Assembly: GCA_950068185.1 (NCBI GenBank)
Contig: CATMHL010000001.1
Coordinates: forward strand, 1-58,108
DNA length: 58,108 bases
Direction: 5' to 3'
From: an uncultured Pelagibacteraceae bacterium
GTDB lineage: Bacteria; Pseudomonadota; Alphaproteobacteria; Pelagibacterales; Pelagibacteraceae
Below the pieces are notes generated by a model. That model did no database searches and had not been told where the DNA came from. It worked only from the letters and a program-made list of their open reading frames with translations. Positions 19,137-29,911 of this stretch are shown here, one piece after another. The position numbers were made by a program, and so were the translations under genes. Position 1 is the stretch's first letter. The number at the start of each line of letters is the position of its first letter.

Positions 19137-20615
19137 TTATTCGTAATATTCTTTTACCAAGTAGTTTAATAATCTAACTCCAAAACCAGTTGCCCCTCCG
19201 GGATTCAAGTTTGCAGCTTTTTTCGAAAATGCCATTCCAGCAATATCTAAGTGGGCCCACGGTGTTTTATTTAAAATAAATCTTTGTAAAAATTGTGCAG
19301 CCGTGATGGCGCCGGCACCACCAACATAATTAATATTTTGTACATCAGCAATAGTAGAGTTCATTAGCTTATCATAATTTTTGTGAAGTGGAAGTCTCCA
19401 TACTTTTTCGTTTACATTCTCGCTTGATTTAAAAATATTTTTTGATAATTCATCATTATTAGAAAACAAACCGGCATACTCTTCCCCCAGACTAATAATT
19501 ATTGCACCGGTTAATGTAGCAAGATCTATAATAAATTTCGGTTTATATTTTTTTTCTGTAAAACTTAATGCATCTGCTAATACCAATCTTCCCTCTGCAT
19601 CAGTATTAAGTACTTCTATAGTTTTTCCTGAAAAAGATTTGACAATATCACCTGGTCTTTGTGCATTACCGCCAGGCATATTTTCAACTAAGCCTACCAC
19701 CCCAACAGCGTTTATTTTTGCTTTTCTTAATGCAAACGATTTTAGTAATCCAACAACAACTGCTGATCCGGCCATATCGTATTTCATTTCTTCCATAAAT
19801 TTTGCTGGCTTCAAAGAAATACCACCTGTATCAAAACAAACACCCTTTCCGACAAAAGCTAATGGTTTTTGGCTTGATTGCTTTTTACCTTTCCATTCTA
19901 TTGCAACCAAATAGGATTCGTTCACACTTCCTTGACCAACTCCTAATAAAGCATTTAAACCTAATTTCTTCATTTCTTTTTCGTTATAAATTTTAATATT
20001 AAGTCCTAGTCTTGAAAGTTTTTTTATTTCTGACACATAAGCTTTGGGATTTAGAATATTTGGTGGCTCTGAAACTAGATCTCTAGTTAAAAACACACCT
20101 TCTCTTATAGCATCATAGTATTTATATTTTTTTTCTATTTTTGACCTATTTGAGGTCACTATTTTGAAATTAATTTTTTTATCAATTTCTTTTTTATCTA
20201 GGGTTTTGTATTTATTAAATTTGTAACTTTTTAAACTAAAACCAAAAATGAATTCTGAAAAAAAACCTACTAACTTATCACTATCAAAGTCTAAACTATC
20301 TGGATACAAATCAACTTTGCCAATATCTTTAAACTTTTTTAAGTGAGAAAAGAAAGCTCCCCCTCTTTCCTGTGGAAAATAACTATTATATTTATTTTTT
20401 ACCCTGATTATGAAACACTTCTGTCGATCTGAAATATCAATAGAACTTATATCTTCCTCTTTTTTTTTTACTTTTAATACACTAAGAAAAGAATTTATTT
20501 TTTGAACCGTGTCACTAGATAAAACATCTCTTTTATCCTTGTAGACATACTTTTCTGTTACAAATATTACAAATGCGTCACTATCAGGGCTTAAACTGCT
20601 TGCAAAACTTAACAT
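19137..20615 (-). CDS. pepA: Leucyl aminopeptidase (M17)
   Basis: Contains 'VGKGVCFDTGGISLKP', 'MKYDMAGSA' and 'NTDAEGRLVLADAL'. Divergent from lptF, as in E. coli. Confidence 0.9.
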   Translation of the reverse strand: MLSFASSLSPDSDAFVIFVTEKYVYKDKRDVLSSDTVQKINSFLSVLKVKKKEEDISSIDISDRQKCFIIRVKNKYNSYFPQERGGAFFSHLKKFKDIGKVDLYPDSLDFDSDKLVGFFSEFIFGFSLKSYKFNKYKTLDKKEIDKKINFKIVTSNRSKIEKKYKYYDAIREGVFLTRDLVSEPPNILNPKAYVSEIKKLSRLGLNIKIYNEKEMKKLGLNALLGVGQGSVNESYLVAIEWKGKKQSSQKPLAFVGKGVCFDTGGISLKPAKFMEEMKYDMAGSAVVVGLLKSFALRKAKINAVGVVGLVENMPGGNAQRPGDIVKSFSGKTIEVLNTDAEGRLVLADALSFTEKKYKPKFIIDLATLTGAIIISLGEEYAGLFSNNDELSKNIFKSSENVNEKVWRLPLHKNYDKLMNSTIADVQNINYVGGAGAITAAQFLQRFILNKTPWAHLDIAGMAFSKKAANLNPGGATGFGVRLLNYLVKEYYE

Positions 20616-20688
20616 TTTTTCTCTCTTTAACGTATAAATTGAATTCTAATCAAAGTTGATTTATTAACTATATAATACAACTTTTACA

Positions 20689-21816
20689 ATGAAAAAGACA
20701 ATTTACAAATATTTTTTTTATGAGTTTGTAATATATTTCACTGTAACCTTGTTTGCTTTAGCAGCAGTAGTTTGGACAATTCAAGCCGTAAACTACCTAG
20801 ATCTTGTTACAGAGGATGGTCACGCATTTACAACTTATTTTTATTATTCTCTTTTAACACTATCTAAAGTGTTAACAAAATTAATTCCCTTTTGCTTCCT
20901 GACAGCGATCATATTAACGATCATAAAATTTGAAAGGGATAATGAGCTAATAGTTCTTTGGACATCTGGATTAAATAAGATTCATGTTGTAAATCTTATA
21001 TTTCGTATATCTGTATTAGTCATGCTTCTACAACTTTTGTTGACTAACATTTTTAATCCAACATTATTAAATTTTTCTAGAACATTATTAAAAAATTCGC
21101 AATTACAATTTATCCCATCCCTGCTTAAAGAAAAACAGTTTAATGATGCGGTTGAAGGTCTTACAATATTTATTGAAAAAAAAGATGAAAATCAGATTTA
21201 TAAAAATATTTTTATACGAGATGATGGCAAAATTTTATCAAAAATAGCAGGTTCATCTTCTTCTACAATTTTTGCAAAATCTGGCCATATGAGTGAAGAT
21301 GAAAAGAATTTAATTTTGTACAATGGCAATATCCAAAAATTAAATGATGATGGTGATGTAAATATTATTCAATTTCAAAAAACTACATTAAATCTTTCAG
21401 GAATTTCTACTAAAAGTATTTCTGAACCAAAAATGCAAGAAACACCTACGGTGCAAATTTTGCGCTGTTTAACACACAATAATATTGTTAGGCATAATTG
21501 CAGCGACAGTAAAAAATCCATGATGGATACTAAAATAGAAATCAACAAAAGGTTTGGGATGCCCATTTACATTCCGTTAATTTCTTTAATAAGTTGTTTT
21601 CTACTTACGTCGAGAAAAGATAAAAAAATGTTTTATTTAAATAAATATATTTATTTTTTTATTGGTGTTCTAATTCTAGTTCTTGCCGAAATAATAGTAA
21701 GATATTCTGGAATTTCATGGAATCATACAATCATTTATTACTTGTTGCCTATAGGAACGGCTCCATTATTTTACTTAGCTTTAATAAGAGCATTCAAATA
21801 TGAGAATTTATCCTAA
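20689..21816 (+). CDS. lptF: LPS export ABC transporter permease LptF
   Basis: YjgP/YjgQ-type permease with 6 TM segments and a central periplasmic domain. First of a tandem pair upstream of lptD. Confidence 0.8.
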   Translation: MKKTIYKYFFYEFVIYFTVTLFALAAVVWTIQAVNYLDLVTEDGHAFTTYFYYSLLTLSKVLTKLIPFCFLTAIILTIIKFERDNELIVLWTSGLNKIHVVNLIFRISVLVMLLQLLLTNIFNPTLLNFSRTLLKNSQLQFIPSLLKEKQFNDAVEGLTIFIEKKDENQIYKNIFIRDDGKILSKIAGSSSSTIFAKSGHMSEDEKNLILYNGNIQKLNDDGDVNIIQFQKTTLNLSGISTKSISEPKMQETPTVQILRCLTHNNIVRHNCSDSKKSMMDTKIEINKRFGMPIYIPLISLISCFLLTSRKDKKMFYLNKYIYFFIGVLILVLAEIIVRYSGISWNHTIIYYLLPIGTAPLFYLALIRAFKYENLS

Positions 21817-21821
21817 TAAAC

Positions 21822-22913
21822 ATGATTAGAACTTTCATAATAAATAAATATTTGGCTACGGAACTTATCAAAGTCATTATCAATATGAGTTTAATTTTTT
21901 TTTGCTTAGGGGTTCTTATGAATGTATTTGAAGAAATAAATTTCTTTAAAGACATTGATGTTGGTCTTTATATTCCTATTGCCCTATCACTATTATACGT
22001 TCCAAGTTTGTTCTATAACATGTTTCCTTTCATAATTTTATTATCCGGATTATGGTTTTTTTTAAAAATAAAAAAAACAGACGAAGCCACAGTTATAAAT
22101 GTTTTCGGAATGTCAAATTTTTCGATAATTTTAATTCCGAGCATCTTATCAATAATTTTGGGTATTTTCTTTATAACATCAATAAATCCAATTACTTCAC
22201 TTCTGGTAAAAAAATATGAAACTATTAAAGGAAGTTACGAAAGAGATAAAGATTATCTTGCGGCAATTACTATAAATGGAATATGGATTAAAGAAAAAAA
22301 TTTAGAAATAAATAACATTATAAGATCTTCGTCTTTAGAAGGTAACAAATTGATAAATGTAACAATTTACGAATTTGACCAAAACAATAATTTTACAAGA
22401 AGAATTGAGGCTGAATCTGCAAATATAAGTTCGACAAAATGGGCTTTAAAAAATGTGAGAATAATAAGTAATGATGGAAAAATTCTTTCAGAGAATTTAA
22501 AAAATTATTCTCACATTAGTATGTATGACGTTATAAAAATTAATAGCCTATACTCAAATTTAGACACTATTTCGTTTTGGAGCATTGCTAATGAAATAAA
22601 ACTTTTAGAAGAAAGAGGTTATTCCACAAGAGAAATGGAATCAAAATTGCAAAGATCCTATGCTTTTCCTTTTTTTCTATTAAGTATGATCTTATTAAGT
22701 AGTGTTTTTACTTTGGGAGTAAGGTTTAAAGAAAATAATTGGACTTATGTATTTATTGCAATAGTTGCAAGTGTACTAATTTATTTCTTCAATGATTTTT
22801 CTGCAGTATTAGGCAAAACAGGAAAATTACCAATGGAAATCGCTGTTTGGATGCCGATCGCAATTATCTTTATTTTTAGTGCAGTAGGAATTATTCATGC
22901 GAACCAAAAATAG
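21822..22913 (+). CDS. lptG: LPS export ABC transporter permease LptG
   Basis: Second YjgP/YjgQ paralogue, lying 5 nt after lptF. Confidence 0.8.
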   Translation: MIRTFIINKYLATELIKVIINMSLIFFCLGVLMNVFEEINFFKDIDVGLYIPIALSLLYVPSLFYNMFPFIILLSGLWFFLKIKKTDEATVINVFGMSNFSIILIPSILSIILGIFFITSINPITSLLVKKYETIKGSYERDKDYLAAITINGIWIKEKNLEINNIIRSSSLEGNKLINVTIYEFDQNNNFTRRIEAESANISSTKWALKNVRIISNDGKILSENLKNYSHISMYDVIKINSLYSNLDTISFWSIANEIKLLEERGYSTREMESKLQRSYAFPFFLLSMILLSSVFTLGVRFKENNWTYVFIAIVASVLIYFFNDFSAVLGKTGKLPMEIAVWMPIAIIFIFSAVGIIHANQK

Positions 22914-25323
22914 AAAAAATCTCTTAATTATCTTTTTCTTAATTTTTTTCGTATTTAATTTCGATCTTAGTGCAGAAGAATTTAATATAACAGCTAATGA
23001 AATTTTGATTGATAAAGAAAACGAAATTCTTGTAGGTGAAGGATCTGTTAAAGCCGTAGATTCTGAAGGAAAAGTTATAAGTGCTGATAAAATAACCTAT
23101 AAAAAATTAAGAGAATTTCTGTTAGCCGAGGGACGGGTAAAAATTACTGATATAGAAGGAAATATCTTAACTACTGACAGAGCTACATATGACAAAATAA
23201 GTGAGATTATTACAACTTACGACAACACTGAATTAGTATTAAGAGAAGGATATAAACTTATCACGAAAAATATTTCGTATGATACAAGAAAAAAAATATT
23301 AAGTTCAAATAGCAATTCAATTTTTATTGACAATGATGGAAATAAAATTGAAACAAGCATGTTTCAATATCATATAGCAGATAACCTATTTTCATCAGTA
23401 GGTAAAATAAAAATTATTGACATAAAAAAAAATAAATATTTTCTTAAAGAACTTTATGTTGATACAAAGAAAAATGAAATGATAGGATCGGATGTTAGTG
23501 TAATCTTAGATCAGGAAAATTTTGGTGTAAGTAAAGAAAGTGATCCACGTTTTGTTGCCAATGATATTTTTATATCAAAGTATAAAACAGATTTATCTAA
23601 AGGAGTATTTACTGTTTGTAAAAAAAGAGATGGCAAGTGTCCACCCTGGACTTTGAAAGCAAAAAAAATCACCCACGATAAAGTAAAAAAAACTATATAT
23701 TATGATCATGCAACGTTAAAATTATATGATATACCCATATTTTATTTTCCAAAATTTTTTCATCCGGATCCAACTGTTAAAAGACAATCTGGCTTTTTGG
23801 CTCCATTTTTTACGAATAGTACAACTGTAGGAACCGGTTTTGCTCTTCCATACTACTGGGCAATTAGCGATAATAAAGATCTTACTTTTTCTCCAAAAAT
23901 CTATACGAAAGAAAATGTATTGTTTTTAAACGAGTACAGACAAGCTTTCAGAAATGGATTTTTAACTTTAGACACAAGTTATACAGAGGGTTACAAAAAC
24001 ACCTCAAGTACAAAAACAGATGGGTCTAGAAATCATATTTTTGCTGATTTTAATTTAAATTTTAATCAAGATGAATCATATCAAAGTAATTTGCACCTTA
24101 AAATTCAGAGAACATCTAATGATACCTATTTTAAAAAACACGACATTAACACAGCCTTAGTAGACTCTGAAAATACAAATCTAGAAAATGAAATAAAATA
24201 TAGTTTTTCTAATGATGATACGTCTTTTGATCTTGCCGCCACTGTTTATGAAGATTTAAGTGTAGATAAAAAATCAGATAAATACGAGTATATTTTACCA
24301 AATATCATGTATGGAAAAACTTTTTTTACTGAAAAATTTGGTACTTTAAATTTTACGTCAAATGCTCTCTATAGTAAATTTGACACCAATAAAAATAAAA
24401 CTTTTTTAACTAATGATATTATTTGGAGTCCTTCTAGCTATATTACAAAAAAAGGTTTTATGAACTCATTTGAAGGAATGATAAGAAACACAAACTATGA
24501 AGCTAGAAAAACAAAAGAATATAAAAATGAAGGTACAGTAAACGAATTAAGTACTGTTTTAACATATAAATCTTCATTACCATTGCAGAAAGATGGTATA
24601 AATTATTCTAATTTTTTTTCCCCAAACTTTATGCTTAGATATGCACCAGGACACATGAGAAATTTAAGTAATAAAGACGTCTATCTGAGATACACAAATT
24701 TATACTCTATGAATAAAACTTCAGAAATTGAAGATGGTTTAAGTGCAATTTTGGGCTTTGATTTTAAAATAAATGAAAAGGTAAGTAATGAAAGCAATAA
24801 AGAAAAATTCTCTCTGTCATTGGGACAAGTTTTTAATTTTGATGAAAATAAAGATATACCTTCAAAAAGTTCTCTAGATCAAAAAATGTCTGATGTGGTA
24901 GGTGAAATTAACTACAATTTTTCAAAAATCGGAAAAATTGATTATAAATTTTCAATTGATCATAATCTTAATGAGCTAAATTATAATGAAGTTTCAACAG
25001 AATTAAATTTTGGCAAAGTTCAATTTAACCTGGATTATTTAGAACAACAAAATCACATAGGCCTTGAACACTACGTAAGCTCTGGAGTTAGTTTAAATTT
25101 TAACGATAATAACAAGTTCACTTTTAGTACAAAAAAGAATTTCAAAACAGAGAGCACAGAGCTTTATAATCTTAGTTATCAATATGCAATTGACTGTTTA
25201 ACTGCTGGCCTGGCTTATAGAAGGGAATTTTACCAAGACGCTGATTTAGAACCAAAAAATACTTTAATGTTCACTATTACTTTTGTTCCATTTACTAGTG
25301 TAAATACACCACTTCGAAATTAG
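22897..25323 (+). CDS. lptD: LPS-assembly outer-membrane protein LptD
   Basis: Signal peptide, OstA-like N-terminal domain and a large beta-barrel ('QSGFLAPFF', 'LPYYWAIS'). Followed by surA-pdxA-rsmA as in E. coli. Confidence 0.85.
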   Translation: MRTKNRKNLLIIFFLIFFVFNFDLSAEEFNITANEILIDKENEILVGEGSVKAVDSEGKVISADKITYKKLREFLLAEGRVKITDIEGNILTTDRATYDKISEIITTYDNTELVLREGYKLITKNISYDTRKKILSSNSNSIFIDNDGNKIETSMFQYHIADNLFSSVGKIKIIDIKKNKYFLKELYVDTKKNEMIGSDVSVILDQENFGVSKESDPRFVANDIFISKYKTDLSKGVFTVCKKRDGKCPPWTLKAKKITHDKVKKTIYYDHATLKLYDIPIFYFPKFFHPDPTVKRQSGFLAPFFTNSTTVGTGFALPYYWAISDNKDLTFSPKIYTKENVLFLNEYRQAFRNGFLTLDTSYTEGYKNTSSTKTDGSRNHIFADFNLNFNQDESYQSNLHLKIQRTSNDTYFKKHDINTALVDSENTNLENEIKYSFSNDDTSFDLAATVYEDLSVDKKSDKYEYILPNIMYGKTFFTEKFGTLNFTSNALYSKFDTNKNKTFLTNDIIWSPSSYITKKGFMNSFEGMIRNTNYEARKTKEYKNEGTVNELSTVLTYKSSLPLQKDGINYSNFFSPNFMLRYAPGHMRNLSNKDVYLRYTNLYSMNKTSEIEDGLSAILGFDFKINEKVSNESNKEKFSLSLGQVFNFDENKDIPSKSSLDQKMSDVVGEINYNFSKIGKIDYKFSIDHNLNELNYNEVSTELNFGKVQFNLDYLEQQNHIGLEHYVSSGVSLNFNDNNKFTFSTKKNFKTESTELYNLSYQYAIDCLTAGLAYRREFYQDADLEPKNTLMFTITFVPFTSVNTPLRN

Positions 25324-26441
25324 TGATTAAGATAAAAAAAATAATTTTTTTCATAATAAAATCATTACTTACTTTAGTTGTGTTTTTAACAGTAGTTTTG
25401 TTTTTTTATGCAGCTTTTTTTTTCGAACCGTCTCCTGTTGAAGAAAAAATAGTAGAAAAACAAGTTACAAAAAGTGAAGAATTGTCTGACATTGAAGAAG
25501 AAAAAAGATTAAAGCAAGAAGAAGAACAAAGGTTAAAAGAAACACAAGTAACGAAAAAAATACAAGTTGAAACCGTAATAGAAGACGGCCTGTATGCTAC
25601 CGTTGGTAATAAAGCTATTACCAAATCAGATATCATAAACGAAATGAAAGTAATATTAATCTTAAATAATAAAAGTTATTCTGTTGATGAAGATAAAAAA
25701 TTACGTGAAATGGCACTAAAATCGATTATCAAAAGAAATATAAAACAAATTGAAATTGAAGGAAATAATTTTTTACAATTTAATCAACAAGATTTCAAAA
25801 AAGAACTATTAAGATTAGCAAATAACATAAATGTAGATGTAGATACACTAAAAAATATATGTGCATCTAATGAGTTAGATTTTTCAATAATTGAAAATCA
25901 AATAAAAACGGAGCTTCTATGGAACAGTTTAATTTTTCAGTTATATAAAAATAGAATATCAATTAATTTGGATGAAATAGATGAACAATTAAAATTAATT
26001 AAAAATAAAAAAGAAATAGAAGAATATTTAATTTCAGAAATTGTAATTAAAACTGTAGAGAAAGATAAATTAGAATCTGCGATTAAAGAATTAAAAAATA
26101 AAATTAAAATTGAAGGATTTGAAAGTGCGGCTATAAGTTTAAGTATTTCTGACAGCGCAACACGGAGTGGAGATCTCGGATGGATAAATGAAAATTTAAT
26201 TTCTAAAAAATTAAAATCCGTAATAACTAACACCCCTGTTGGTAATATCTCTGAGCCAATTTTATTACCCAATGGTATTTTGGTTTTTAAAGTAAGAAAT
26301 AAAAGAAAAGTAGAAAGAAATATAGATTTAGAAGAAGTAAAAAATGAGTTGGTAAATTCTGAAAAAACACGAATACTTAATATGCACTCATCTTCACACT
26401 ATAATAATTTAAGAAGATCAATTTCAATAAAATTTTTTTGA
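25323..26441 (+). CDS. surA: Periplasmic chaperone / peptidyl-prolyl isomerase SurA-like
   Basis: N-terminal anchor, SurA_N-like helical region, and one parvulin domain ('SGDLGWINE...PILLPNGILVFKV'). GTG start overlaps the lptD stop (TAGTG). Confidence 0.7.
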   Translation: MIKIKKIIFFIIKSLLTLVVFLTVVLFFYAAFFFEPSPVEEKIVEKQVTKSEELSDIEEEKRLKQEEEQRLKETQVTKKIQVETVIEDGLYATVGNKAITKSDIINEMKVILILNNKSYSVDEDKKLREMALKSIIKRNIKQIEIEGNNFLQFNQQDFKKELLRLANNINVDVDTLKNICASNELDFSIIENQIKTELLWNSLIFQLYKNRISINLDEIDEQLKLIKNKKEIEEYLISEIVIKTVEKDKLESAIKELKNKIKIEGFESAAISLSISDSATRSGDLGWINENLISKKLKSVITNTPVGNISEPILLPNGILVFKVRNKRKVERNIDLEEVKNELVNSEKTRILNMHSSSHYNNLRRSISIKFF

Positions 26442-27412
26442 TGAATAAATGTATAGCGATAATTGCGGGTGAACCAAATAGTATTTCCTCTGAAATCATT
26501 TTTAAGAGTTGGAAATTGAAAAATCAATTCATTCATAAACCTTTGTTTGTCATTGGAAGTATTAGACTACTAAATCTGCAAAGAAAAAAATTAAAATATC
26601 AAATCAAGATAAAAAAAATCAACGATAGATTTAGAATAAATGATTTAAAAGGTGGAGAATTACCAGTGTATGATATTGAATATAATCAAAAAAAACCTTT
26701 TGAAAAAATATCAAATAAATCAAATAAATATATTTTTAAATGTTTTGATGCGGCAACAAAATTTGTTAAAGATAAAAAAATTCTTGGTTTTATAAATTGC
26801 CCAATTTCTAAAGAACATTTATTTAAAAATAAATATCAAGGAATTACTGAATTTCTTTCAAAAAAAACTGGTAAAATAGGTAATGAAGTGATGTTAATTT
26901 ATAATAAAAAATTATCGACTTCTCCCGTGACAACCCACATACCTCTAAGTCAGGTCAGTAAAAAAATAAGTCAATATAAAATTGTAAAAAAAGTAAAAAT
27001 TGTAAACAATTTTTATAAAAAAATTTTCAACAAAAAACCTAATTTTGCTATTCTTGGTTTAAATCCACATAATTTTTCGTTATCAAAAAAATCTGAAGAA
27101 AAAGAAATTATAAATAAAGCTATCAAAACTTTAATTAAATTAAAAATTAAAGTGACGGGTCCTGTTGCTGCTGATTCAAGTTTTATGATTTACAAGAAAT
27201 ATAAATTTGATGTAATAATTGGCATGTATCATGACCAAGTTCTTACACCTTTTAAGGCTTTATATAATTTTAAAGCAATAAATATTACATTAGGTCTACC
27301 TTATATAAGAATATCTCCAGATCACGGTGTTGCAGAAAATATAACTGGAAAAAAAATTGCGAATCCGAGAAGTTTGATCGAATCAATTAAATTTTTTAAT
27401 TATATAAATTAA
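26438..27412 (+). CDS. pdxA: 4-hydroxythreonine-4-phosphate dehydrogenase
   Basis: Contains 'IAGEPNSISSEI', 'TTHIPL', 'LNPH', 'GMYHDQVL' and 'SPDHG'. Confidence 0.85.
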   Translation: MMNKCIAIIAGEPNSISSEIIFKSWKLKNQFIHKPLFVIGSIRLLNLQRKKLKYQIKIKKINDRFRINDLKGGELPVYDIEYNQKKPFEKISNKSNKYIFKCFDAATKFVKDKKILGFINCPISKEHLFKNKYQGITEFLSKKTGKIGNEVMLIYNKKLSTSPVTTHIPLSQVSKKISQYKIVKKVKIVNNFYKKIFNKKPNFAILGLNPHNFSLSKKSEEKEIINKAIKTLIKLKIKVTGPVAADSSFMIYKKYKFDVIIGMYHDQVLTPFKALYNFKAINITLGLPYIRISPDHGVAENITGKKIANPRSLIESIKFFNYIN

Positions 27413-27415
27413 TTA

Positions 27416-28222
27416 ATGAAACCTTTACAAAAAGTTAAAAAAAGTTTGGGGCAAAATTTTTTAATAGATAAAAATATAATAAATAAAATAATTGAAATTG
27501 GAAACATTAACAAAAATAAATCAGTCATGGAAATAGGGGCTGGCTATGGGAATTTAACAAAAGCAATAGTTTGTATGGAGCCAAAAAAAATTTTAGCAAT
27601 TGAAAAAGATAAAAAATTAGCTTTTTTTTTAAGAAAAAAATTTAAAAATTATAAAAACTTAAAAATAATTAATCGCGACATTTTAGATATAATTGAAGAA
27701 AAAAATTTTGGACAAAACATGGTTGTTTTTGGTAACCTTCCATATAATATTTCAACTAAAATATTAGCCTCGCTAATCATGCTAAAAAACTGGCCTCCTT
27801 GGTATGATGTTTTAATTTTAATGTTTCAAAAAGAGGTGGCTGATAGAATTTTGGCAAAAATGCAAACAAAGGAGTTTAGTAGATTATCAGTCTTATCAAA
27901 CTGGAGATTGGAAATAAAAAAACACTTTAATGTTTCGAAAAATTGTTTTTTCCCAAGACCAAAAATAAATTCTACTCTACTCTCGTTTAAACCAAAAAGA
28001 AATAATCCATTCGATCTAAAAAATCCAAAAAATCTTGAAAAAGTAACTAGAGTTTTATTTTCAAATAGAAGAAAAATGATAAATAAGAATTTTAATAAAT
28101 TGTTTGAGAAAAAAAAATCTATAATGAAAAACTTAAATATTGACTTAAATAAAAGACCAGAAGAATTAAGTAATGAAATGTTTTATAAAATTGCTGTGCA
28201 ATATGAAAAATTATTCGATTAA
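27416..28222 (+). CDS. rsmA: 16S rRNA (adenine1518/1519-N6)-dimethyltransferase
   Basis: Contains 'LGQNFLIDKNIINKI', SAM motif 'EIGAGYGNLT' and 'GNLPYNIS'. Confidence 0.9.
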   Translation: MKPLQKVKKSLGQNFLIDKNIINKIIEIGNINKNKSVMEIGAGYGNLTKAIVCMEPKKILAIEKDKKLAFFLRKKFKNYKNLKIINRDILDIIEEKNFGQNMVVFGNLPYNISTKILASLIMLKNWPPWYDVLILMFQKEVADRILAKMQTKEFSRLSVLSNWRLEIKKHFNVSKNCFFPRPKINSTLLSFKPKRNNPFDLKNPKNLEKVTRVLFSNRRKMINKNFNKLFEKKKSIMKNLNIDLNKRPEELSNEMFYKIAVQYEKLFD

Positions 28223-28843
28223 CTCTTTTATTTTTTTTTCAATTTCATTTGTGTTTTGATTTTGACTTATCCCCCTTTTTTCAGATTTTATAACATTTAA
28301 TATTTTTTCATAACAAGTATCTAGATCATCATTTACAAAAACATAATTATATTCATTCCAATGGGATGTTTCTTCATTAAAATTGTCCATTCTTTTTTCA
28401 ATTAATTCTTCTTGGCCTTTGTGACGATTTAATAATCTCTTTTTTAAAGCCTGAATATTAGGAGGAAGGATAAAAAATGTTACTAGTGATAAGCTTTTAA
28501 TTCTTTTTAATTGCTGAGTACCTTGCCAATCAATATCAAATAAAACGTCTCTCCCGAGTGATAATAATTCTAATACTGGTTTTTTAAGAGTGCCATAATA
28601 ATTGCCAAAAATATTTGCATATTCGAAAAAATTGTTTTCCTTAACTAAGGTATTAAATTCTTGCACGCTAACAAACTTATAATCTCTTCCATTAATTTCG
28701 TTGGGCCTTGGTTTTCTTGTTGTATGAGAAATTGAAATAGTGAAGTTTTTATTATTTTCTGCAATTTTTTTTGTTAATGTTGTTTTTCCAGCTCCAGAAG
28801 GTGAGGATAAAACAAACATCATTCCTCTCTTTTCTTTTGCCAT
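28211..28843 (-). CDS. gmk: Guanylate kinase
   Basis: Contains 'VLSSPSGAGKTTL', 'SHTTRKPRPNE' and 'GRDY'. Its 3' end overlaps the rsmA 3' end by 12 nt. Confidence 0.9.
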   Translation of the reverse strand: MAKEKRGMMFVLSSPSGAGKTTLTKKIAENNKNFTISISHTTRKPRPNEINGRDYKFVSVQEFNTLVKENNFFEYANIFGNYYGTLKKPVLELLSLGRDVLFDIDWQGTQQLKRIKSLSLVTFFILPPNIQALKKRLLNRHKGQEELIEKRMDNFNEETSHWNEYNYVFVNDDLDTCYEKILNVIKSEKRGISQNQNTNEIEKKIKELIE

Positions 28844-28881
28844 AGTAATATTAATTGGCTTAATATTTTTTTAAAAATTTT

Positions 28882-29121
28882 TTAAGTTGATTTATTTTCA
28901 ATAAACTTTATAGCATCGCCAACGGTAAGAATTTTTTCTGCTTCAGTATCGGAGATCTCTGAACCAAATTCCTCCTCAAAGGCCATAACAAGTTCGACTG
29001 TATCTAAACTGTCGGCACCTAAATCATCAATAAAATTAGCTTCATTTGTAACTTTAGTTTCATCTACACCTAAATGATCGACAACCATTTTTTTTACCGT
29101 GCTTGAAATATCTTTTTTCAT
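28882..29121 (-). CDS. acpP: Acyl carrier protein
   Basis: 79 aa with the phosphopantetheine site '[19 protein letters not shown]'. Confidence 0.95.
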   Translation of the reverse strand: MKKDISSTVKKMVVDHLGVDETKVTNEANFIDDLGADSLDTVELVMAFEEEFGSEISDTEAEKILTVGDAIKFIENKST

Positions 29122-29176
29122 TTGTAAATTCCTTAATTGGAATTATTAGTTCTTAATAAATTATAAATGAATTTTG

Positions 29177-29911
29177 TCAAGACATATACATGCCACCATT
29201 TACATGTATCGTTTCACCAGTTACATATGATGCTTGCTCGGAGGACAAAAAGGCAACGCAATTAGATACGTCTTCGCCCGTTCCAAACTTCCCCATAGGA
29301 ATCCTTGATGTCAAATATAATTTAACCTTATCAGCTATACCCTTTGTCATATCTGAGACTATAAATCCAGGTGAAACACAATTAACCGTTATATTTTTTT
29401 TAGCGTATTCAATTGCTAGGCTTTTTGACATTCCTATAATGCCAGCCTTAGAAGCTGAGTAGTTTGGCTGACCCAAATTCCCAACGTGACCAACAACCGA
29501 GGTGATATTTACAATTCTACCAAATCTATTTTTTAACATTTTTTTTATAGCATATTTAGATAGCAAAAATGTAGAAGTTAAATTAATATCTATCACTTTC
29601 TTCCATTCTTCAACTTTCATTCTTATAGAGAGATTATCTAAATTTATTCCTGCGTTATTTATCAAAACATCCAAACCTCCTAGTTCTAAAGAAACACTAT
29701 CTATAAATTCTTCAATTCCCGAATGATTTGCAATATCAAATTTTTTTACTTTAATATTTGGGTATTGTTTTTTTATTAATTCTAATTTTTCAGTTTTGGT
29801 GCCGCTACCGAGAATATTAGCTCCAAGTGAAACAAACTTTTTGACCAACTCGTTACCAATACCTCCACTCGCACCGGTTATTAAAATATTTTTATTTTTA
29901 AAATTAATCAT
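29177..29911 (-). CDS. fabG: 3-oxoacyl-ACP reductase
   Basis: SDR motifs 'TGASGGIG', 'NNAG' and 'YSASKAG'. Lies between fabD and acpP. Confidence 0.9.
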   Translation of the reverse strand: MINFKNKNILITGASGGIGNELVKKFVSLGANILGSGTKTEKLELIKKQYPNIKVKKFDIANHSGIEEFIDSVSLELGGLDVLINNAGINLDNLSIRMKVEEWKKVIDINLTSTFLLSKYAIKKMLKNRFGRIVNITSVVGHVGNLGQPNYSASKAGIIGMSKSLAIEYAKKNITVNCVSPGFIVSDMTKGIADKVKLYLTSRIPMGKFGTGEDVSNCVAFLSSEQASYVTGETIHVNGGMYMS

